Shown here one piece after another: positions 1 to 10,655 of a stretch of DNA of 64,000 nt. Origin of the DNA: Candidatus Marinacidobacterales bacterium (lineage in GTDB: Bacteria; Acidobacteriota; Vicinamibacteria; Marinacidobacterales; SMYC01); assembly GCA_965237955.1 (NCBI GenBank), contig OZ250169.1, positions 7,584,001-7,648,000 on the forward strand, given 5' to 3'. The stretch's first letter is position 1; the number at the start of each line of letters is the position of its first letter. The translations under genes were made by a program, and so were the position numbers. The notes beneath the pieces were generated by a model. The model ran no database searches and was not told the origin of the DNA. It saw nothing but the letters and a program-made list of their open reading frames with translations.

Positions 1-2
1 TC

Positions 3-1298
3 ATCGCGGTTGCGGGCGCGGCCGCGTACTGGGGCTGGTGCCGGCGTCCCCGGCGATGGCGACCGCTCATCCTCGCGGCAGTTGCAAGCGCTTTTCTCTT
101 CACTCTCGGCGCACTCTCGCGGGCGTCGCTTCCGGAGCTAACGCGCGTTTTGTTCGCGGTCGGGCGCATCGCTTTCTTGGCGATTCCGTTCGTTTTCGCC
201 GCGTTTTGTGAGAACGACCGGCGCGCTCGCGTGCTCGCCGCAGGAGCTTGGCTCAGCCTCGCGTTGCTCGTGACGGTCCACGACTTGCGAAGCCCATCGT
301 GGCACGAGACATCGGTGCGTCTCGGAAAAGCCCGCCAACAGATCGCTTTGTCGCACGAGGCACTTCGAGAAATCAGCGGTGGAAGCGAGGCCTTCGCCGT
401 CTTCGACCTCCACATACCCGACGGCGATCCGAGCGGCGTTTCCGTGAGCATCAACGGACACGACGTCTCGACCGAGTTGGTGCCGACGATGCCGCGCTTC
501 GGCGAGTCGCTGGCGGCCGGCGGCCGAAACCGACGAGAGTATCGACAGTGGTGGGCCGTACCCTTGCGGGCGGATCTACTACCGCCATCGGCGCCGGCAC
601 GGCTCGAGCTCGAGGTGTCCGCAACCGAACGCACAGACGTCGTGCTGTACGGAGATCGTTTTCGCGATCAGGACCGGTTCTACGAAGGGCCGTCGTTCGG
701 CGACTGGCCTCACCTGGCACAAGTGAAGCTCGAATACGACGGCGACTACCGACTCCCCGTGCGCGTGCCACTGGCGAGAGCGCGTACTGAGGTCGACACC
801 GCGAGCGTGCATCGCATGCGCGTGATCACGCTGAGCTCGAACGAAGGACGCCTCGTCTGGGAGAGCGAACCGGTGTCAGCGGGAGGGCCGAGGGCGCTCG
901 CGTTTTTCGCGTACTCGGGCAATCGCGGCGAAGCGGAGATTGCCGTGTCCGGCCAAAGTCTCGCAACGTTCCCTCTCGGAAGCATGGACGATTTCGATAT
1001 CGACGGTCTCTGTCACCGGGCCGAGCCGGCGCGCGGTGGCATGGCGTACGGCGGCTACGTTGTCTTCATCGATGCGGTGGAGGACGGCCCGGTAACGATG
1101 TCGGTGCGTTTCCGATCGGGGATGAGCATCGAGCCCATGTTCTTGAGTCTCGACCAGCGCAACCACGACCTATCAGAGCTCGTGTCGCGCTGCGGTCGTG
1201 AAGACGTTCCGATCGCGGGGCTTTCGAGGATCGTGGAAGCGGAAACAAACAGCTACCCGGCCGATACCGGCCGGTGGTCGGTCGCCAGCGTGTTCTAG
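3..1298 (+). CDS. hypothetical membrane-anchored protein, 5'-partial
   Basis: Frame is open from position 3 (IAVAGAAAYWGW...) through ORF 150..1298; hydrophobic N-terminal part then a soluble domain; no recognisable motif. Confidence 0.6.
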   Translation: MAVAGAAAYWGWCRRPRRWRPLILAAVASAFLFTLGALSRASLPELTRVLFAVGRIAFLAIPFVFAAFCENDRRARVLAAGAWLSLALLVTVHDLRSPSWHETSVRLGKARQQIALSHEALREISGGSEAFAVFDLHIPDGDPSGVSVSINGHDVSTELVPTMPRFGESLAAGGRNRREYRQWWAVPLRADLLPPSAPARLELEVSATERTDVVLYGDRFRDQDRFYEGPSFGDWPHLAQVKLEYDGDYRLPVRVPLARARTEVDTASVHRMRVITLSSNEGRLVWESEPVSAGGPRALAFFAYSGNRGEAEIAVSGQSLATFPLGSMDDFDIDGLCHRAEPARGGMAYGGYVVFIDAVEDGPVTMSVRFRSGMSIEPMFLSLDQRNHDLSELVSRCGREDVPIAGLSRIVEAETNSYPADTGRWSVASVF

Positions 1299-1345
1299 TC
1301 GCTTCAAGCCTCCGATGCAGCCGAAGAGTATAATTTCGCCACGTC

Positions 1346-3094
1346 ATGCGAGCTTTGCGATGGATCGGTGCGGCAGGACTCGTGTGCGGGTGCGCGTGCA
1401 CTCAGGCACCGCCCGAGACACCCGAGCCAATCTTCTTCGCTGACGTCGAAAGCATAAGTCTCGGCTACGAGACCCGACACGCGATTGCCGTCGCGGCAGC
1501 GTCTTCGAAGACGTTCCGAGTCCACGTGCCGGCAAACGGCTCACTGCGGTTCGCGATCGCGACCGCCGAACCCGACGAAGCCGTCATGTTTCGCGCGTTG
1601 GTCGACGGGAATCCCGTGTTCGAGAAGACACTCGCGAAAGAAGACGGCGATCATTGGTGGGATCAACCTCGAGTCGATCTCGAACCGTGGGCCGGCGAAA
1701 GCGTCGACGTCACTTTCGAGACTGACGGCAGAGCGCTCTGGGGAAGCCCCGTTATCGAGACTGAAGACGCCCCGCCGTTTGGGCCGAACCTCATCGTGAT
1801 TTCGATCGATTGTCTGCGTGCCGATCACGTCGGCGCCTATGGCTACGAAAAACCCACGACGCCCGCGATCGACGCGTTTGCCGAGGACGCCGTGGTCTTC
1901 GAGGAGGCTTCGAGCACGTCGTCGTGGACCATCCCCGCCCACATGTCCATGTTCACGGGCCTTCCACCGCTGATGCACGGTGTGAGCGAGTCGCCGGACG
2001 ACTACTGGGCGGGGCGGGCGAAGACGCTGGCACCGACGGTACCCTATCTCGCCGAACTGTTGGCCCGCCGCGGCTACGAAACCGCAGGCGTCGTCTCGAG
2101 CGTGCCCATGTCGCCACGGTACGGCTTCGACCGCGGATTCCGCGTTTATCGTGTTCACGCCGCCAAAGCAGAGGAAGTCGTCGACTCGTCGCTCGATCTC
2201 GTCGCTCGCTTCGGCAAGCGTCCTTTCTTCCTCTTCGTCCACTTTTTCGATCCGCACTGGCCGTACTTGCCGATGGTGGAGTTCGGGAGTTACGCGGAAG
2301 AATTCATTGCGCGTTTCGGGGAAAGACCGGAAGACATCTCCGAGCTCATCGCGCGGCACAATGGTAAAGCCCTGGGCGCGCGTCCCGAAGACGCCGAGGA
2401 CGTGCGCACGCTTTATGATGCCGCACTTGCGTACGTCGACCGTGAGCTCGGACGTCTGTTCACCGAGCTTGCCGAGCGCGGCCTCTACGAAGACGCTTTC
2501 ATTCTCCTAATCGGCGACCACGGCGAAGCGTTCTACGATCACGAGACGTTCGGACACGCCAAGACGCTGTATCGGGAGTTCACCCACGTGCCGCTCATCG
2601 TGAAATGGCCCGGCGAAGCGTCGAAGGGACGTGAAGACACACCCGTCAGCCAGGTCAACGTGTTCCCTACCGTCCTCGAGGCCGCCGGTATCACGCCTCC
2701 CCCGATGGAAGGCAAGAGCCTGAGACGGCCTCCGGCAGCGCGAGGCCTCGTTCTGGATGCATCGTGGGAGGACCGCTTTCGCCGCGAAACGATGCTTGCG
2801 GTTCGCCAGGGAGATTTGAAGTACATCGCCTACTTGCCGTTGTTGCCGGTGGAGAAGCTTTCGCTCGACGACGTCCTGCGCGAGGAGCTCTTCGATCTCG
2901 CGCGCGATCCAGCGGAGAGCGAGAACTTGCTCGACGCGCTCCACTCGGCGGACGAGCTGGAACCGTTCCGGGAGCGCTTGGCCGCCTACATCGAGATCGC
3001 GAAGGTCTACCGCTCCGAGCACGAGGGTAGCACCATCACCATCGACGAAGATGTCCGCCGCAGTCTGGAAGCGCTGGGATACGTAACTCGGTGA
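1346..3094 (+). CDS. sulfatase-like / alkaline phosphatase superfamily lipoprotein
   Basis: NLIVISIDCLRADH, WTIPAHMSMFTG, HFFDPH, GDHGE, HVPLIVKWP, C-terminal LEALGYV; lipobox-like LVCGC. Confidence 0.85.
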   Translation: MRALRWIGAAGLVCGCACTQAPPETPEPIFFADVESISLGYETRHAIAVAAASSKTFRVHVPANGSLRFAIATAEPDEAVMFRALVDGNPVFEKTLAKEDGDHWWDQPRVDLEPWAGESVDVTFETDGRALWGSPVIETEDAPPFGPNLIVISIDCLRADHVGAYGYEKPTTPAIDAFAEDAVVFEEASSTSSWTIPAHMSMFTGLPPLMHGVSESPDDYWAGRAKTLAPTVPYLAELLARRGYETAGVVSSVPMSPRYGFDRGFRVYRVHAAKAEEVVDSSLDLVARFGKRPFFLFVHFFDPHWPYLPMVEFGSYAEEFIARFGERPEDISELIARHNGKALGARPEDAEDVRTLYDAALAYVDRELGRLFTELAERGLYEDAFILLIGDHGEAFYDHETFGHAKTLYREFTHVPLIVKWPGEASKGREDTPVSQVNVFPTVLEAAGITPPPMEGKSLRRPPAARGLVLDASWEDRFRRETMLAVRQGDLKYIAYLPLLPVEKLSLDDVLREELFDLARDPAESENLLDALHSADELEPFRERLAAYIEIAKVYRSEHEGSTITIDEDVRRSLEALGYVTR

Positions 3095-3912
3095 CGACGC
3101 CCGCAGTCTCCGTGGTCGTGCCCGCCTACAACGAAGCGGCACGTCTGGGTGCGAGTCTCGAGCGGATTACCGAATACTTTCGATCGCTATCGACCGGCTT
3201 CGAAGTGGTCGTCGTGGACGATGGCTCCACCGACGATACCGCGTCGATCGCCCGCGCCGCAGGCGATCCGGTCCGGCTCGTCGAGCTTCCGGAAAACCGG
3301 GGCAAAGGCGCCGCGGTTCGCGCCGGAGTGGCGGAGAGTCGCGGACGTTCGATTCTTTTCACCGACGCGGATCTCTCGACCCCGATCGACCAGTGGAAGC
3401 CCATTCATGACAAGCTCGAGGAGGGATACGACGACGTCGTCGGCTCCAGCGGACTGGCGGACTCGCGCATCGAGCTTCACCAGCCGTGGTTCCGCGAGCA
3501 CATGGGGAAGACGTTCAACTGGATCCTGAGGCACAGCCTGCCGCTCGAGCTCAAGGACACGCAATGCGGCTTCAAGCTTTTCGAATCGGCCGCGGCGAAG
3601 CGACTCTTCGGTGCATCGCGCATCGACGGTTTCGCCTTCGATGCGGAAATTCTCTTCCTCGCCGGACGCTTCGGCTATCGCGTCGGTGAGCTACCCGTTC
3701 CATGGTTCGACTCGGTGCCGAGCAGGGTGCACGCGCTCTGGCACAGCGGACAAATGCTGAAGGACCTTTTCCGGATCCGCCTCTTCGATCTGACCGGCGC
3801 CTACGAATCAGCAAAGGCCGAACCATCGATCACCACAACCAAAATTATCGCAGAGACACAGAGTTCGCAGAGAAAGCAAGAATCACCGGCACGGCACTCT
3901 AGAGAGAGCTGA
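3091..3912 (+). CDS. GT2 polyprenol-phosphate glycosyltransferase (dolichyl-P beta-glucosyltransferase-like)
   Basis: VVVPAYNE, VVDDGSTD, NRGKGAAV, TDAD, DTQCGFKLF, FAFDAE. Confidence 0.85.
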   Translation: MTTPAVSVVVPAYNEAARLGASLERITEYFRSLSTGFEVVVVDDGSTDDTASIARAAGDPVRLVELPENRGKGAAVRAGVAESRGRSILFTDADLSTPIDQWKPIHDKLEEGYDDVVGSSGLADSRIELHQPWFREHMGKTFNWILRHSLPLELKDTQCGFKLFESAAAKRLFGASRIDGFAFDAEILFLAGRFGYRVGELPVPWFDSVPSRVHALWHSGQMLKDLFRIRLFDLTGAYESAKAEPSITTTKIIAETQSSQRKQESPARHSRES

Positions 3913-3947
3913 TTCTTTTCCGTCGCGTCTTTGCGCCCGTTGGCGTT
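3849..3947. repeat. degenerate tandem-inverted repeat element (CGCAGAG-type 8-9 bp units)
   Basis: cgcagagac-acagagtt-cgcagagaa on the left and cgcgtctttgcg on the right, at the junction of convergent genes. Confidence 0.5.
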
Positions 3948-3964
3948 TGTTTTTCTAACTTTGT

Positions 3965-5478
3965 TCAGAAGCGGCGGCGCGGTTTCACCAAGTGACGGCG
4001 GTCAAGGACATAGCGCAGCGGTGTTCCCAGGCGCTCGACGACGGCAAGCTCTTCGCCGTCCATCGATCGGTGGCAGCCCCACCGCGTCGTACCGACAAGA
4101 AAGTCGGCATCCTCTTCCTCGCGGGTGCGGCTCAAGTAATTCGGAAAGAAAGTCGTCACGCTCGGGGGATACGAGCAGACGAAGACTCGATACGGCGGCG
4201 GGGCTTCGCTTTCGGACTCGATGTGCTCGACGAGTAAGCGCACCGCCTCCCGGTTGCTGTTGCCCCAGTAATCGGTCTCGTAGCGGCCGTGCGCACCAGA
4301 GAGCCCTCCGACGAACGCGTTGAAGTAAACGTACTCATTCGGGTGGAGACGCACCATGATGGCGCCGAGATAGACGAGATACACGCCTGCGAGCGCGAGG
4401 CTAAATCGGGCCGCCGCCGGGCGCCACGCTAACAAGCGCTCGTAGGTGAGCTCGAGAGCGCGAGCCGCAAGACAGGAAAATAGCGGCACGACGAACAACA
4501 CGTGCCGCATCCCGTCGTAGATGATGGGCCTTTGGATCGCGATGTAGACGATTGGGAAGAGCGCTGTGAACAGAACGAGTACGTGGGCCCTGCCCTCCCA
4601 GAGCGCATACACGAGCGCGAGACCGATCAGGAGAATCTCCGGTAGCGTGATTAAAAGCCACCGAGAAACATAGCTCGCGGGAATTTGCGTCGAGTGGATC
4701 TCGCTTCCCGCAAACAAAACGGTGCCCCGCCACGTGAAATTGGACATCACTTCGAACGCTTCGAACGGAGCGCGCAACGGACGGGTCTGCGCCCACGGCC
4801 AAAACGCCAGCATCACGAGCCAAGCGGTTGCCACGATCTTGGCGGCGCCGAGCGACAGCGCCTTGATGTCCGCGAGCGTTTTGGGAAATGAGAGCAGCAC
4901 CGCGAGTCCGAGATAGCCGAAGAGCATCAGTCCCCCGACGCGGATCGCGAGCGTCATCCCGATGGCAAGCCCGGTCTTGAGCGCGAGCGAATTCGGCACG
5001 CGCGGGAGCACCGGCAAAAGACGCACGAGACAATACGTCGACCAGACGTAGCCGACGGCGAAAGGAATGTCTTTCGGGTTGTTGAAGCCGTGCCCCCACC
5101 ATCTCGGCGTCAACATCAGAACGAGCGCCGCGATGAACGCGGTTCGGACACCACCGAGCTCGCGTGCGAGAAACCAACACCCGAGCACACCGACAAGCGC
5201 CACGAACGCGTTCAATAAATGACGGGTGTCGTACAGCGCGAGCGGTGAAAGCCGGGTTCCGACCGCGCACATCAAATCGAACGCTGCGCCGTAGTACTGG
5301 AGGTCGAGATAGCGGTACGCCTCGCGATCGGTAAACCCGAGGTGATGTATTCGAGGACGCCGTCGCCGTAGCGGACGTGGAAGGATTCGTCCCACGTCAC
5401 GCCGTAGTCGCCGAATGTGAACAGTACCAGCGCCGTCGCGAGCGCGAACAATAAAACCGACCACCGAAGGTAGGACAT
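3965..5478 (-). CDS. GT39/ArnT-like (GT-C) integral membrane glycosyltransferase; frameshift near 5340
   Basis: N-terminus in ORF 5272..5478 (GDYGVTWDE) joins ORF 3965..5518 (YYG, NNPKDIPFA, YDGMRH, YETDYWG); one G missing in a G-run. Confidence 0.75.
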
Positions 5479-5514
5479 CGCGAGCGAGTCTATCGTAAGG
5501 CTGGTCGCTGGTCT

Positions 5515-6219
5515 TCAAGGCCGGGTGTCGGCTACCACCGTCACTTCAAAGCCCTGGTTCGAGGCATCCTCCGTCACCGTGAGACGATCCTCAGCAATGC
5601 CACGGCCAGCGACGGCGTCGGCCACGGCCTTCGCTCGTTGCTCGACGAGCGCCGGGTCTTCGAGCGGTCCGCGATGCCCGCGCACCTCGGCCCGGACCTC
5701 CGGATGCGCTTCGAGCCAATTCGCGATCGTATCCAGCACTCGGTCGGCATCGTCGTCGAGAGCGGCTTCGCCCCGCGAGAACACGATCGTCGCACTCGGC
5801 CGGCGCGCATCGTCGAACGGCGTGTGACCGGGCGGCGGCTCGTCCACGATCTCGAGTGTGTAGTTTCCGTCGGTGGCCCAAACCTGGCACCACGTCTCAC
5901 CGCCGTCTTCCCTCATCACGGTGAACGTCATGCGGTTTCCGGCGTCGCGATGGATCACACCACGGAGGCGACCGCTCTCGGCAACGAAGTGGTCGATGAT
6001 AGCGGAGCGGACCAGCTCACCCTGCACGTCGTATTCGAGACGCCAGTAGCGCCCGTAGACGGTCTTGCGCGTGCGGCGGTTGTCCTCCCGATACACGACT
6101 ATCATGTCGTCGTCTTTCGCGTCGCTCGCAACGACGAGAACCGAGTCGGGAACGGGTTGGATCAGGGGATGCCCCTCGGCCACGAGCGTGAGAGAGAACA
6201 CGACCGCGAGGGCGCTCAT
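5515..6219 (-). CDS. OmpA-like domain protein
   Basis: Signal-like MSALAVVFSLTLVA; C-terminal F...A.LD...LD.IA.WL..HP....EVRGH...RAKAV...GI...RL; ATGA overlap with the upstream stop. Confidence 0.65.
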   Translation of the reverse strand: MSALAVVFSLTLVAEGHPLIQPVPDSVLVVASDAKDDDMIVVYREDNRRTRKTVYGRYWRLEYDVQGELVRSAIIDHFVAESGRLRGVIHRDAGNRMTFTVMREDGGETWCQVWATDGNYTLEIVDEPPPGHTPFDDARRPSATIVFSRGEAALDDDADRVLDTIANWLEAHPEVRAEVRGHRGPLEDPALVEQRAKAVADAVAGRGIAEDRLTVTEDASNQGFEVTVVADTRP

Positions 6220-7313
6220 CTCGCCAGTATAGACACGATAGTGCGCTGCTGGTCGTCGGTCATCTCGGGGAACATCGGAAGCGCGAGCGTTTCCCGCGCC
6301 GCGCGCTCGGCCTCGGGAAAGTCTCCGGGCCCATGGCCGAGGTCGGAAAAGCACGGTTGCAGCGGAAGCGGCACCGGATAGTAGACCGCCGACGCGACTC
6401 CCTCGTCCGCGAGCCGCTCTTTCCAATCATCGCGCTCGTTGGTGCGGATCACGTACTGGTGATGGACGTGATCGCGAATCGCCTCAGGAAGCGCGACCCG
6501 CCCGCTCGAAACCAGCCCGCTTTCCTGAAAGAGCTCCGTGTACCGGCGCGCTTTCTCCCGCCGGCGCTCGGTCCATTTCTCGAGATATCTGAGCTTCACG
6601 TTGAGGACGGCAGCCTGGATCGCATCCATCCGGAAGTTGCCGCCGACGACGTCGTGCAGATACGTGGTCTCCGCGCCGTGAGTCCGTAGCCGTCGGAGAG
6701 CACGGGCGTACCCGTCGTCACCGGTCACCACCATGCCGGCTTCGCCCATCGCGCCGAGGTTCTTGCTCGGGTAGAACGAAAAACAAGCCATCACGCCGAA
6801 GCGCCCGGCGCCCTCGGCACCGAGCGCCTGGGCCGCGTCCTCGATCACGACGAGCCCGTGTCGATCCGCAATCGCAACAATCGCCTCCATCTCGGCGAGC
6901 TGTCCATAGAGGTGCACCGGAACGATCGCTTTCGTGCGGTCGGTGACAGCTTTGTCGACGTCGGCGGGATCGATATTGAACGTGCGCTCGTCGATGTCCA
7001 CGAAAACCGGCGTCGCGCCCAAGCGGGCGACCACGCCCGCGGTGGCAAAGAACGAGTAAGCGGTCGTCACCACCTCGTCGCCGGGGCCCACGCCGAGAGC
7101 CATAAGGCTCATCAGGAGCGCGTCGGTTCCGGAGGAAGCGCCGACGGCGTGCGCTACGCCGCACACCTCCGCAATTCCCTTCTCGAGCCGCTCGACCTCC
7201 GGGCCGAGAAGGTAGCGCCCGCTGTCGACGCAACGGGTGAGCGCGGCGAGGAGCTCATCGCGAATGGAAGCGAGCTGTGCCTCGAGATCAACGAGCGGAA
7301 TCTTCGGTGCCAT
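6216..7313 (-). CDS. DegT/DnrJ/EryC1/StrS PLP-dependent sugar aminotransferase
   Basis: SSGTDAL, PVHLYGQ, IEDAAQA, SFYPSKNLGAMGEAG, NFRMDAIQAA. Confidence 0.92.
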   Translation of the reverse strand: MAPKIPLVDLEAQLASIRDELLAALTRCVDSGRYLLGPEVERLEKGIAEVCGVAHAVGASSGTDALLMSLMALGVGPGDEVVTTAYSFFATAGVVARLGATPVFVDIDERTFNIDPADVDKAVTDRTKAIVPVHLYGQLAEMEAIVAIADRHGLVVIEDAAQALGAEGAGRFGVMACFSFYPSKNLGAMGEAGMVVTGDDGYARALRRLRTHGAETTYLHDVVGGNFRMDAIQAAVLNVKLRYLEKWTERRREKARRYTELFQESGLVSSGRVALPEAIRDHVHHQYVIRTNERDDWKERLADEGVASAVYYPVPLPLQPCFSDLGHGPGDFPEAERAARETLALPMFPEMTDDQQRTIVSILAR

Positions 7314-7405
7314 CGCGGTTAGAGTATATGAGATCCGTTTGAAAGACTCTCCGTGCTGGAATAACATACGCGCCGCCTACAACAAATCAAGGTGGGTTCA
7401 TCGAC

Positions 7406-8152
7406 GTGACCACGATTATTACGATGCCGGCCTACAAGGCCGCGCAGACCATCGAGAAGACCTACCGTGAGATTCCCGAGGATAGCTACGACAAAGTGCT
7501 CGTCGTCGACGACGCGAGCCCCGATGACACCGTCGCCGTCGCCGAGAGCCTCGGGCTCGAGACCCGTCGCCACCCGAACAACCGGGGCTACGGCGGGAAC
7601 CAGAAGACGTGCTACAACTGGGCGCTCGAGGAAGGCGCCGATGTCGTGGTGCTCCTCCATCCGGACTACCAATACGCACCCCAGCGGGTGCCGGCGCTCA
7701 TCGAGCCCATCATCGGGGGACGGGCGGATTTCACGTTCGGATCGCGGTTCGCCGACGGAGGCAAGCCGATGGACGGCGGCATGCCGCTCTATCGGTTCAT
7801 CGGGAATCGGCTCACCACGTCGATCGAGAACTTGGCTTTGGGAACGTCGTTCAGCGAGCTCCACAGCGGTATGAAGGCTTACTCGCGGCGATTCCTCGGG
7901 CTCATCGGCTACCACGACTTCTCCGATCGGTTCGTCTTCGACTCCCAATTGCTCATCCGTGCGGTCGTGCTCGGGTTTCGTATCAAGGAGGTCGCGATCG
8001 AGACGCGCTACGCCGAAGAATCTTCCTCCGTCGACATCCCGAGCTCGATGCGTTACATCGCGGAGACGTTGGGCGAGCTCTATCGCGCACGACGAGACCG
8101 GGATCGACTGAAGCAAGAGTTCTTAGAACGCGAAAACGCCCTCGGGCTGTAA
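7406..8152 (+). CDS. GT2 glycosyltransferase (DPM1-like)
   Basis: MPAY, VDDASPD, NRGYGGNQKT, LHPDYQY, GSRF, ELHSGMKAYS. Confidence 0.88.
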   Translation: MTTIITMPAYKAAQTIEKTYREIPEDSYDKVLVVDDASPDDTVAVAESLGLETRRHPNNRGYGGNQKTCYNWALEEGADVVVLLHPDYQYAPQRVPALIEPIIGGRADFTFGSRFADGGKPMDGGMPLYRFIGNRLTTSIENLALGTSFSELHSGMKAYSRRFLGLIGYHDFSDRFVFDSQLLIRAVVLGFRIKEVAIETRYAEESSSVDIPSSMRYIAETLGELYRARRDRDRLKQEFLERENALGL

Positions 8153-8156
8153 ACCC

Positions 8157-9368
8157 GTGAAGCTCTCGGTGTTCACGCCTTTGCCCCCGATGCCCACCGG
8201 TATCGCGGACTACAGCGAGCTTCTCCTCACCTCTCTCGCCCAGAGTGACCGAGTCACCGTCGAAGCGTTCTGCCCACCGACCGGCGCGCCGCAATCGTTT
8301 CCCGTTCGCGACCCGTCGATGTTTCCCAAGACGTTTCGAGGTCGCGATCGCACGATGTTCCACGTCGGCAACAGCGAGCATCACGACTTTCTGTACCCGT
8401 ATTTGTTCGAGCACCCTGACGTCCTCGTGCTCCATGACCTCGTCGTGCACCACGCGCGTCTCAACGCGTTCATGGAGAGCCCGGAGCTTCGCGACTACCG
8501 CGCGGACATGGGCGATACGGTCAAGCGCGCGCGCGCGCACGAGCAACTCGACGCCTACCGTCGAGAAGTGGCGGACGCCTATCCCAAAAACGGCGCGGCC
8601 ATCGCCGAGATCGCAATTCGAATCGGCGGCGGCAACTTGCTGTATGTGTACCCGCTCTACGAGCACCTCGTGCGGCGGAGTCGACTCACCCTCGTCCACG
8701 GGACGACCGCACGCGACGACATCCTCGAGCGGTGTCCGGAAAGCGACGTCAAGCGCGTGCGCATGGGTATCTCGCCGCCGGACGTGGTCGATCGCGAAAA
8801 AGCACGCGAGCGTCTCGGGCTTCCGGATGGTCTTCTCCTCGCGTCGTTCGGGCTCGTGACTCCGGAAAAACGCATCAGCATGGCGCTACGAGCGCTCGTG
8901 CGAGTGCGAGCGAGCGGGATCGACGCTCGATACGTCCTCGTCGGTGGAACGGTGGAGCACTACGATGCCCGCGCCGAAGCGGTCGCGCTCGGCATCGACG
9001 ACGCCGTGACGTTCGTGGGACGGGTTCCGGAAGAGACGTTTTGGCTCTACGCGTTCGCCGCCGACATTTGTCTGAACCTTCGCTACCCGTCGGCCGGCGA
9101 AACTTCGGCGACGCTCCTCAGGCTTCTCGCGTGCGGGCGTCCGGTCATGGTGACCGATCAAATCCATGTTGCGGACTTCCCGGACTCGGTCGTCGCGAGA
9201 TCGCGCCTCGAAGGCGACGAGGACGGACTCTACTGCGATTTGGTGGACCTCATCCGCGCCCCGCACCGCCGCCGCGAGCTTTCCCAGAGCTCGCGCGCCT
9301 TCGTTTTACGAGAGCACAGCGTGGAAGCGATGGTCGAGGACTATCTCGATGCTCTCGGTAGCATATAA
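8157..9368 (+). CDS. GT4 (group 1) glycosyltransferase
   Basis: PLPPMPTGIADYS, VLHD, FGLVTPEKR, LRYPSAGETSA. Confidence 0.8.
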   Translation: MKLSVFTPLPPMPTGIADYSELLLTSLAQSDRVTVEAFCPPTGAPQSFPVRDPSMFPKTFRGRDRTMFHVGNSEHHDFLYPYLFEHPDVLVLHDLVVHHARLNAFMESPELRDYRADMGDTVKRARAHEQLDAYRREVADAYPKNGAAIAEIAIRIGGGNLLYVYPLYEHLVRRSRLTLVHGTTARDDILERCPESDVKRVRMGISPPDVVDREKARERLGLPDGLLLASFGLVTPEKRISMALRALVRVRASGIDARYVLVGGTVEHYDARAEAVALGIDDAVTFVGRVPEETFWLYAFAADICLNLRYPSAGETSATLLRLLACGRPVMVTDQIHVADFPDSVVARSRLEGDEDGLYCDLVDLIRAPHRRRELSQSSRAFVLREHSVEAMVEDYLDALGSI

Positions 9369-9383
9369 TCGTATAATCAAGAA

Positions 9384-10559
9384 ATGGCGGCACCGCACCA
9401 GAGCTTCGTCCGCAAGCTGAAAAACAGCGTCACCCGGACGAGGCGCGGCTGGCAGACGAAAAAGCTCAAAGAGCGCGCCGACGGCGTGGCCGATCCTCTA
9501 CCCCACTTCGTGGTCTACGAGCCGACGCTTCTGTGCAACCTCCACTGCAACTTCTGCTACGTCGCCGACATCTTGAACCCGGAAGACTGGCGCTCGAAGG
9601 AGCTGAGCCTCGAGGAGCTCGACCGCATTTTTCCCACCGGTGAGGTGAAATCGTACAATATCACCGGCGGCGAGCCCTTCGTCCGGAAGAACCTCATCGA
9701 TATCTTCACCCTCTTCAAGAGCAAGGGCATGCGGTGTGACTACATCACCACCAACGGCACCGTGATCAAGGAAGACCGCGCGGTCGCGCTCGCGGATCTC
9801 ACCAAGTCCGGGTTCTTGAAGCACATCAGCGTTTCCATCGACGGTCCGCCGGAGTTCCACGACGTCGTGCGCGGACAAAAAGGCGCGTTCCAAAAATAGG
9901 CCGACAACATCCGCTTGCTCCGGAGAGTGTTCGCGACCCGAGGCATCGCGGCTCCAGTGTCGATCAACACGACCCTGACCGCGGGCAACTTGCATTTGCT
10001 CGAAGACGTCGTCGTCGAGGCAGAGAAGCTCGACGTCGACCTCGTGGGCTTGAACCAGCTCATGTTCGCAACGCCCAAGGAAGTGCAGGAGACCCTCGCG
10101 ATCATCGGTGAGACCGACGCCGACGTCATCAGCACCCATATCACCGAAGATCCCGGCGTCGATCCGAAAGCGGTGCCGCCCGTGCTCCAAAAGGCCGTCG
10201 ACTATGCGGCTGCCAAAGGGATCACGATCAACTGGCGCCCCGGCCAAGCGATTGAAGATCTCGAGCACTACTACACGCCTGAGCGGCCGCTGAAGGGTCA
10301 ATGCTTTTACCCGTTCTTCGGTGGCCGCATCACCTACGACGGGAAAGTCCACTTTTGCCCGTTCATCCGGGTCGAGGTGGGCGATTTGCGCGAGCAGAGC
10401 CTCGAAGCGATCTGGAACAGCCCCCGCTACGTCGAGCTTCGCCAGAAACTTCTCGAGCACGGGATCTTTCCGGTGTGCCGGCGCTGCTGCAAGGTGGAGC
10501 TCGATTACTCCGACCGGGAAGCCTTGACCCAAATCGAGCCGGTCGGCGCCAACGCCTAG
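9384..10559 (+). CDS. radical SAM protein with SPASM/twitch domain; in-frame TAG at 9897-9899
   Basis: CNLHCNFC, ITGGEP, TTNG, SIDG; ORFs 9384..9899 and 9915..10559 are in the same frame; C-terminal CFYPF..CPF..CRRCC. Confidence 0.8.
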
Positions 10560-10605
10560 TGCCGTAAATAGTCCAACGGAAGAAGATACCCGGCATCGCC
10601 TGCCC

Positions 10606-10635
10606 TTGCGGCGCTTGGTGGCGCGCAAGTATAAT
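10606..10635 (+). promoter_or_regulatory. putative sigma70 promoter of the ccm operon
   Basis: TTGCGG-18 nt-TATAAT, 20 nt upstream of the ccmE ATG. Confidence 0.4.
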
Positions 10636-10655
10636 CCAGGGGTTAGGGAACGCGT

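Noticed and set aside
5515-5800. Degenerate peptidoglycan-binding motif in the OmpA-like domain (GHRG instead of GHTD)
   Set aside because: Such divergence is common, and there is no further evidence of a new function.
9897-9899. Genome-wide TAG reassignment or pyrrolysine
   Set aside because: TAG serves as a normal stop at 10559, 15208 and 16587, and no pyl genes are in the window.
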